From Faecousia sp. (lineage in GTDB: Bacteria; Bacillota; Clostridia; Oscillospirales; Oscillospiraceae): DNA of 64,000 bases. A model generated the notes under the pieces. It made no database searches and was not told where the DNA came from. It saw only the letters and a list, made by a program, of their open reading frames with translations. Shown here piece by piece: positions 58,812 to 64,000 of the stretch; the stretch's first letter is position 1; every line of letters starts with the position of its first letter. The position numbers and the translations under genes are program-made. Location of the stretch: NCBI GenBank assembly GCA_045611945.1, contig JAZKYA010000017.1, forward strand, positions 264-64,263, read 5' to 3'.

Positions 58812-60011
58812 TCATTCCGGTTGTTCGTATGGGCCCAGTTCCAGCATTGCCGGTACCCGGTAATCCGGCAGGTTATCCCGATAGGTCAGCACTTCCCGGA
58901 TAGCCTGTAGATACTGGAATCCGTTTTCCAGGCAGGGTGCCACATAGTGCCCCTCAGACCATTCATTCCAGGCATCGATAATCAGAATTTTCCTTCCGAT
59001 CGCGTTTTCAGGAAGCCCGTCTACCAGGGTCTTTACCTGCATCAACAGTTCTTTGTATTCCATTGGCGACAGCCGGAACTGCATGATGGGTCCTCTGGGA
59101 TTGACACCCAACACCGGAAACCAAGGCCGGGAATCCCGCATAGCCGACGCTGTGAACATGGAAAAATACGGATCAAACCCAATTCTATCCCGGATTTTCC
59201 CCAGTTGTTCTTCCACAACCAGCTTTGGGTCCAGCATCAGCGTTTCCAGGTAGGTTTCATACTGCTGCGCCGTCAAGTCCTCAATAGCTACCTGCTGACA
59301 GTACTGGAAGATCGAATCTACCCCCATCTCCCGAACCGCCTCAATAGGCTGGTGCCACTGATTGCGTTCGTGGATCGCCTTATTGCTGTGGGTCACGGAA
59401 ATGTGGATTCCGGGAAAGCCGTGTTTTTCTATTTCCCGGCGAATCAACTGCAGCATCTGGCCTAGCTTCTCCTCAGAGCCCAGCAAGTTCAGCAGATTTC
59501 TCAGGCCATAGATATAGAGTACCGGCTTTCCGTCTATGGTCAGATACTGGGGATCGGAAAAATAATGCTCCACCCAGAAAGGAATCAGATTTTCGGTCAG
59601 ATCCGTCAAATCCTGGATCGTACCCCAGTCGCACTCCCACATGATGGCAAATTTCATGTATTTCTTAAAACGGCAATGAAAATAGGCCTCATGTATGGCG
59701 TGCCCCAGACGCAGATCCTCCAGGTTGATCTTGTGACCTACATTCTCCCGCTTGCGGTACCAGCAGTAGATAAAACAGCCGATACCGTGCTCCACAGCCC
59801 ATTTGATCTCCCAGTCGCAGATCTCCGGATCTTCTTCCCTATAGTAGCCTAAAAGGGGGGTACGCTCCGGATAGTCTGCCAGATCTCCAAAGCCGTTGTG
59901 GATGTCGGTGCCGCCTTTTTTCCATCCCGGATAGTAGTGGCATGCGATCAGCCTGTCCGTTTTTACCGGCTGCGGCTCCGGAATGTAGGGATACAGTTTG
60001 GCAGTTCTCAT
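58812..60011 (-). CDS. GH99-like / WbsX-family glycoside hydrolase domain protein
   Basis: ACHYYPGW, PLLGYY, WEIKWAVEHGI, IDGKPV, DAWNEWSEG. Confidence 0.82.
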   Translation of the reverse strand: MRTAKLYPYIPEPQPVKTDRLIACHYYPGWKKGGTDIHNGFGDLADYPERTPLLGYYREEDPEICDWEIKWAVEHGIGCFIYCWYRKRENVGHKINLEDLRLGHAIHEAYFHCRFKKYMKFAIMWECDWGTIQDLTDLTENLIPFWVEHYFSDPQYLTIDGKPVLYIYGLRNLLNLLGSEEKLGQMLQLIRREIEKHGFPGIHISVTHSNKAIHERNQWHQPIEAVREMGVDSIFQYCQQVAIEDLTAQQYETYLETLMLDPKLVVEEQLGKIRDRIGFDPYFSMFTASAMRDSRPWFPVLGVNPRGPIMQFRLSPMEYKELLMQVKTLVDGLPENAIGRKILIIDAWNEWSEGHYVAPCLENGFQYLQAIREVLTYRDNLPDYRVPAMLELGPYEQPE

Positions 60012-60022
60012 ATATGTGCCTC

Positions 60023-61468
60023 CTATTTGACAATGACAGATTCGATTCCCAGTATATCTCCGATCTTCTTCAAGGTATTGGCATGGTGGCCAACGCCCAA
60101 GGCGTAATGATGGGTCGGCCCTTCCATGACCCACTTCTTGATGAATTCTCTTGTGGTAGGTTCAAAGAATCCCCGGGTGTTGGTGTTTCCGGTAGGCGGA
60201 ATGGAGCCTTTCTTGGAATACCCCTCGCCGATGACGAATTTGAAACCGCCGGAAGCATTCTGCGTAATGCCCAGCATGGTAATGGGACCTTCCTTGATCT
60301 TGAATTCCACGGAAGCGCCCTGGCCGGGCTTACCGTGATATTTGATCAGGCTTCTCAGCACAGGCTTGCCCTGAGCGATCTTGATATGATGGGGGCCATC
60401 GTGGCCCACCAGAATGAAGTCCTCGTTGAAATCAAAGGGATGGAACTCCGCGAAGCTGCCTCCGATGTCCAGCCGGTCCATGATCAGCATGGCGATACAG
60501 GTCTTAATATCAAATTCGCCGCACATGGGAATCCCCTGGGCGTTAAGGATGGAATTGCCTACAATGAAGGAAGTGGCAACCTTTCTTTGGATACTGTCCG
60601 GGCTGCCTTCATAGTAATAGGCCAGGCCGGTAAGGTTGTACTTCTCCACCAATTTATCCAGTGCCACAGCGCTGCGGGCCGCCTGACGCAGATCCTCCGG
60701 TGTCAGCTTCCGGGTAACAGGATCGGAAACCGGAACGGGCGTATCAAACTCCTGCAAAATCAACGCTTCCTTTTCAGCGATTTCCGCCTCGGTCACTGTG
60801 TCATAAAGCCGAACCACATCCTCGATCTCCAGCAGCGGCACATGCAGGCCAAAGGCAGCGGAAACGGCTGTGGGGTCAGCGTGCATATCGTACATAGATT
60901 CCAGCACATGGCCCATAAGACCGATTCTGGCGCCATGCAGATCATGGAGGACCTTGGCAATGTCGCACCACCGGGCCACTTCCGCCATGGCTTCCTCATC
61001 CCCATACAGATGGCCGATGACCACATCCGCTACCTTTTTTCCCATACGGATGGCAACGCCTGTGAACTCAGGTACGGAGCAGATATTGTCATTTTCCAGC
61101 TGCATAAAGGTATTGGCCTGGGTGTAATCCAAACCCTTTCTGGGCTGCAGCGCTATCAGCACCATAGGCACATTGGCCTCCCGGATAATGGGGGCAAATA
61201 CTGATGATGTGGCGTAGGTAACCATATTGCAAAACAGCACATCCACGCAGGCAGCTTTGATCCGGCTGAGCGTATCATATGCCTTTTCGCTGCTGTCCAC
61301 CATACCGAAATCCACAACTTCCACATCCTGCTGTTCTACCATTTCGCAGAATTCTCTGTGGTAGCTCAGGATATTGTCCTCCAGTCCCGAAAATTGTTCC
61401 CAGTAGGTAGCATGGGCCACGGCAAAAATACCGATTCTCGCGGTTCTTTTCTTCTTTCTTTGAATCAT
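60023..61468 (-). CDS. L-fucose/L-arabinose isomerase family protein
   Basis: MYDMHADP, CGEFD, GGSFAEF, GHDGP, GPTHH. Confidence 0.85.
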   Translation of the reverse strand: MIQRKKKRTARIGIFAVAHATYWEQFSGLEDNILSYHREFCEMVEQQDVEVVDFGMVDSSEKAYDTLSRIKAACVDVLFCNMVTYATSSVFAPIIREANVPMVLIALQPRKGLDYTQANTFMQLENDNICSVPEFTGVAIRMGKKVADVVIGHLYGDEEAMAEVARWCDIAKVLHDLHGARIGLMGHVLESMYDMHADPTAVSAAFGLHVPLLEIEDVVRLYDTVTEAEIAEKEALILQEFDTPVPVSDPVTRKLTPEDLRQAARSAVALDKLVEKYNLTGLAYYYEGSPDSIQRKVATSFIVGNSILNAQGIPMCGEFDIKTCIAMLIMDRLDIGGSFAEFHPFDFNEDFILVGHDGPHHIKIAQGKPVLRSLIKYHGKPGQGASVEFKIKEGPITMLGITQNASGGFKFVIGEGYSKKGSIPPTGNTNTRGFFEPTTREFIKKWVMEGPTHHYALGVGHHANTLKKIGDILGIESVIVK

Positions 61469-61580
61469 GAAAGGCCACTCCAATCAAAAGTTTTTCTTTA
61501 TTTTATCTTGGTGGTGTGGTACAATCAACGGAGAAAACCTAGGAGGATTCGTATAAAACACAGATACAGGAGGTGCTGTC

Positions 61581-62441
61581 ATGCAGTTACGGCAGTTGGA
61601 ACCGTTTGTCCGTTACGCCAGAACCAATGAACGGAATATTATGCATGGACCTTTGGCGGCGGCGGATCACCGGATCTTTTATTGCAGCAGCGGAACCGGG
61701 CAGGTAGAAGTAGACGGAAAAAGTTATGCCTTTACCGGCGGTACTGTGATCTACATCCCCGCAGGTGTCTCCTACCGCTTTCTGTTCGGTGATGACATCC
61801 CTGCTTTCGCCGGATGCAATTTTGATTTTTTTCAGCAGCATTCCCATTTGCAAACGCCCATCCCCCCTTGTCCCAGCAACCGTCTTCACAAGGAAGATGT
61901 GCTGGAAAAAGAGATTACCACTTGCAGTGACGGAGAAATGTCTGTTTTTTCCAGATATCTGTACGCGGAAAATGTGAAGTTTCTAGAGAAAACCTTCACG
62001 GAAATCGCATGGGAGTACCGGACCCACAGCCTCTATTACGATATTCGCTGCAGCACACTGCTCAAAGACATTCTGATACAGCTCGCCCGTATGACCGCCG
62101 CGAACAAGCAGGGAATTTCTCTGGAAAAGGCTGACCGCATTCTCCAATACATCCATACCCACTACGCGCAGTCTCTCACAAACCGGGACCTGGCCGAACT
62201 GTTTCATTACAACGAAAATTATATCAGCACACTGGTCCTCAAATACACAGGTCTGACACTGCACCGGTATGTACTGAACTACAAAATGCATGTAGCGGTG
62301 GATTTGTTCCAGACCACCGATCTGTCCGTAGGTGAGGTAGCCCAAGAGGTCGGCATGCCCGACTTGAAGCATTTTTCCAAGTGCTTCAAAAACATTATTG
62401 GCTATCCCCCGTCCCGGTTTAAGCAGAACCGGTACAGGTGA
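61581..62441 (+). CDS. AraC family regulator
   Basis: Cupin domain plus HTH: FHYNENYIS, HFSKCFKNIIGYPP. Confidence 0.92.
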   Translation: MQLRQLEPFVRYARTNERNIMHGPLAAADHRIFYCSSGTGQVEVDGKSYAFTGGTVIYIPAGVSYRFLFGDDIPAFAGCNFDFFQQHSHLQTPIPPCPSNRLHKEDVLEKEITTCSDGEMSVFSRYLYAENVKFLEKTFTEIAWEYRTHSLYYDIRCSTLLKDILIQLARMTAANKQGISLEKADRILQYIHTHYAQSLTNRDLAELFHYNENYISTLVLKYTGLTLHRYVLNYKMHVAVDLFQTTDLSVGEVAQEVGMPDLKHFSKCFKNIIGYPPSRFKQNRYR

Positions 62442-62456
62442 GAAAAACGCATAGAA

Positions 62457-62493
62457 AAGCAGTCGGTTTGCGCTTTAGGCAAACCGGCTGCTT
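62457..62493. terminator. bidirectional terminator
   Basis: AAGCAGTCGGTTTGC/GCAAACCGGCTGCTT. Confidence 0.7.
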
Positions 62494-62508
62494 GTTCTTA
62501 TCTAGGTG

Positions 62509-63573
62509 TTAGCATTCCCCGCTATCCAATGCAGAGAACAGAAAGTCAAAGCCCACATCACTGTCGGAAAGGGTATGTCCGCCCTCCCAAAGATCAAATT
62601 GAAAATGGTCTGCTTTTCCAAAGGCCGCAAAATAGTCCCCTACCCGTTCCACTTCCGGAAGCGCTGACTCGTAGCGGAATACCTCATCCTGCTTGCCGAC
62701 CTGTACAAACAGCTTTCGGGGGGCGCAGAGAGCCGCCACCTCCGCATCCTGGAACAGCAGCGCAGAGTCCTTATAACACCAAGTGGTGAGAGGATACACA
62801 TCCCGGTCATTGAACACCGCCACGCAGTATCCGGCCTTGATCCGGGTATCCGCTGCCATGGTATTCAGCGTAAAGTAGCCGCCGTAGGAGCAGCCCATCA
62901 TACCGATCCGCTCCGGGTCAATTTCCGGAAGGGCGCAGGCATAATCCAGACACCTGCGGATACCGGAGATTTCCAAAGCTGTCAGGCTGCTGCCGAATCG
63001 CTTTAAAGCAATGTCCATCTCCAACCGATCATAGGGTATGGGATGGCAACGCAAGGTTTCTGCCTCTTCCTTGGACCAAACCACGATCTGGGGGGCCAGC
63101 ACCGCCGCGCCCCGTTCCAGCGCCCGCTGGACCATGTGGTTATAGCTGTTTTTTCCGAGAAAATCGCTGCAAAGTTCCGGCGTTCCTCCACCACCGTGCT
63201 GGGCGATCACCAGGGGCATGGGCTTTTTGCCCGCGTGGGGCAGAAGCAAGAGCGCATAGAAGGGAATCTCCTCCGTCACCCATACCGTCAACCGGAAAAT
63301 CCGGCAGACTTGATCCTCTGCTACATACAGGCACTTTACTTCCTTTCCGGGATCTTTTTCAAACAGTTCCAGGCCTATCATTTTCCGGTAAGCGGCCCGG
63401 TAGTTTTCCAAGTTTTCCGGCAGTGCCTCCGGAGGCATCCATTCCCGCCGCCGGTCCTTACATTCCTGATTGAACCTGCGAATATAGTCGGCAATTCCCT
63501 GAACATAGTTCTGCCGGTAAGCATCACCGGCACTCGGCGTATCTTCCCAAAGCTGTTTTCCTTTGTATTCCAT
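62509..63573 (-). CDS. alpha/beta hydrolase (dienelactone hydrolase / carbohydrate esterase-like)
   Basis: QHGGGG, GMMGCSYGG nucleophile elbow, LCAPR, GGH. Confidence 0.82.
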   Translation of the reverse strand: MEYKGKQLWEDTPSAGDAYRQNYVQGIADYIRRFNQECKDRRREWMPPEALPENLENYRAAYRKMIGLELFEKDPGKEVKCLYVAEDQVCRIFRLTVWVTEEIPFYALLLLPHAGKKPMPLVIAQHGGGGTPELCSDFLGKNSYNHMVQRALERGAAVLAPQIVVWSKEEAETLRCHPIPYDRLEMDIALKRFGSSLTALEISGIRRCLDYACALPEIDPERIGMMGCSYGGYFTLNTMAADTRIKAGYCVAVFNDRDVYPLTTWCYKDSALLFQDAEVAALCAPRKLFVQVGKQDEVFRYESALPEVERVGDYFAAFGKADHFQFDLWEGGHTLSDSDVGFDFLFSALDSGEC

Positions 63574-63591
63574 ATCTGTACCTCACAAATT

Positions 63592-63999
63592 TTATTTTGT
63601 ATTTCTCTGGCTCACATACCCAAATAGCCGGCAGCGATACCAGCTAATGGGGAAAGCTTCCTCAAAACAAAAGTCCCGGGTATCCGCGCCCTGGGTATCT
63701 CTGACAAGAATATCCCAGACGGAATTGCGGCCGTAACCGCCGCTGGTCATAAAAACAGAAAGGTCTGAATTCTGATTGCAGTACAGTGGCACACCACGGC
63801 CGCCGATACCAGAATATATGCCAAAGCATTCTGCCCGGGCACCGCCCACATTTTCCACTGCCGTGGTTCCGCCGCGGTCCTCCCAGGATTCTGTTTTCAT
63901 GCCAAGAATCCAGAGGTCAGATCCCTCATTGCGGATCTGGATGTCACCCCGCTCCGGGTTGATATTTTTTGCCCAAACCCGTTGTCCATAGAAAGCGAA
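63592..63999 (-). CDS. C-terminal part of a pectate-lyase-superfamily (beta-helix) protein, 5' end beyond the window
   Basis: The frame stays open to the edge: FYGQRVWAKNINPE...IRNEGSDLWILGMKTE. Confidence 0.55.
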   Translation of the reverse strand, partial: FAFYGQRVWAKNINPERGDIQIRNEGSDLWILGMKTESWEDRGGTTAVENVGGARAECFGIYSGIGGRGVPLYCNQNSDLSVFMTSGGYGRNSVWDILVRDTQGADTRDFCFEEAFPISWYRCRLFGYVSQRNTK

Positions 64000-64000
64000 A

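Overview
Chromosomal segment of an anaerobic Clostridia-type bacterium. Gene content and repeat style suggest Oscillospiraceae, which is inference only. From 1 to 1.3 kb lies a tRNA-Gln(CTG) whose downstream side carries tRNA-3'-end-like repeats, a small Xre regulator/Cys-rich gene pair and REP/MITE-like palindromes. From 1.4 to 43 kb the genes are mostly housekeeping: asnS, LTA synthase, tex, D,D-carboxypeptidase, a GntR-ABC (ytr-like) unit, a complete rnfCDGEAB operon, transporters, an ECF sigma/anti-sigma pair, ftsH, rlmB and a catalytically degenerate P-type-ATPase-like protein. Composite MITE/REP elements are interspersed, and there is an unlisted 21-aa Cys-rich small ORF. From 43 to 64 kb is a carbohydrate/redox catabolic island with three AraC regulators, GH20, a GH99-like/WbsX protein, a fucose/arabinose-type isomerase and several dehydrogenases. 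The best candidate for an undescribed system is the tightly coupled operon at 52184-57821: cupin, U32-family Fe-S protein, three tandem QueG/reductive-dehalogenase-like cobalamin/4Fe-4S proteins and a Gfo/Idh/MocA dehydrogenase. All family assignments come from motif recognition by eye; no database searches were run.
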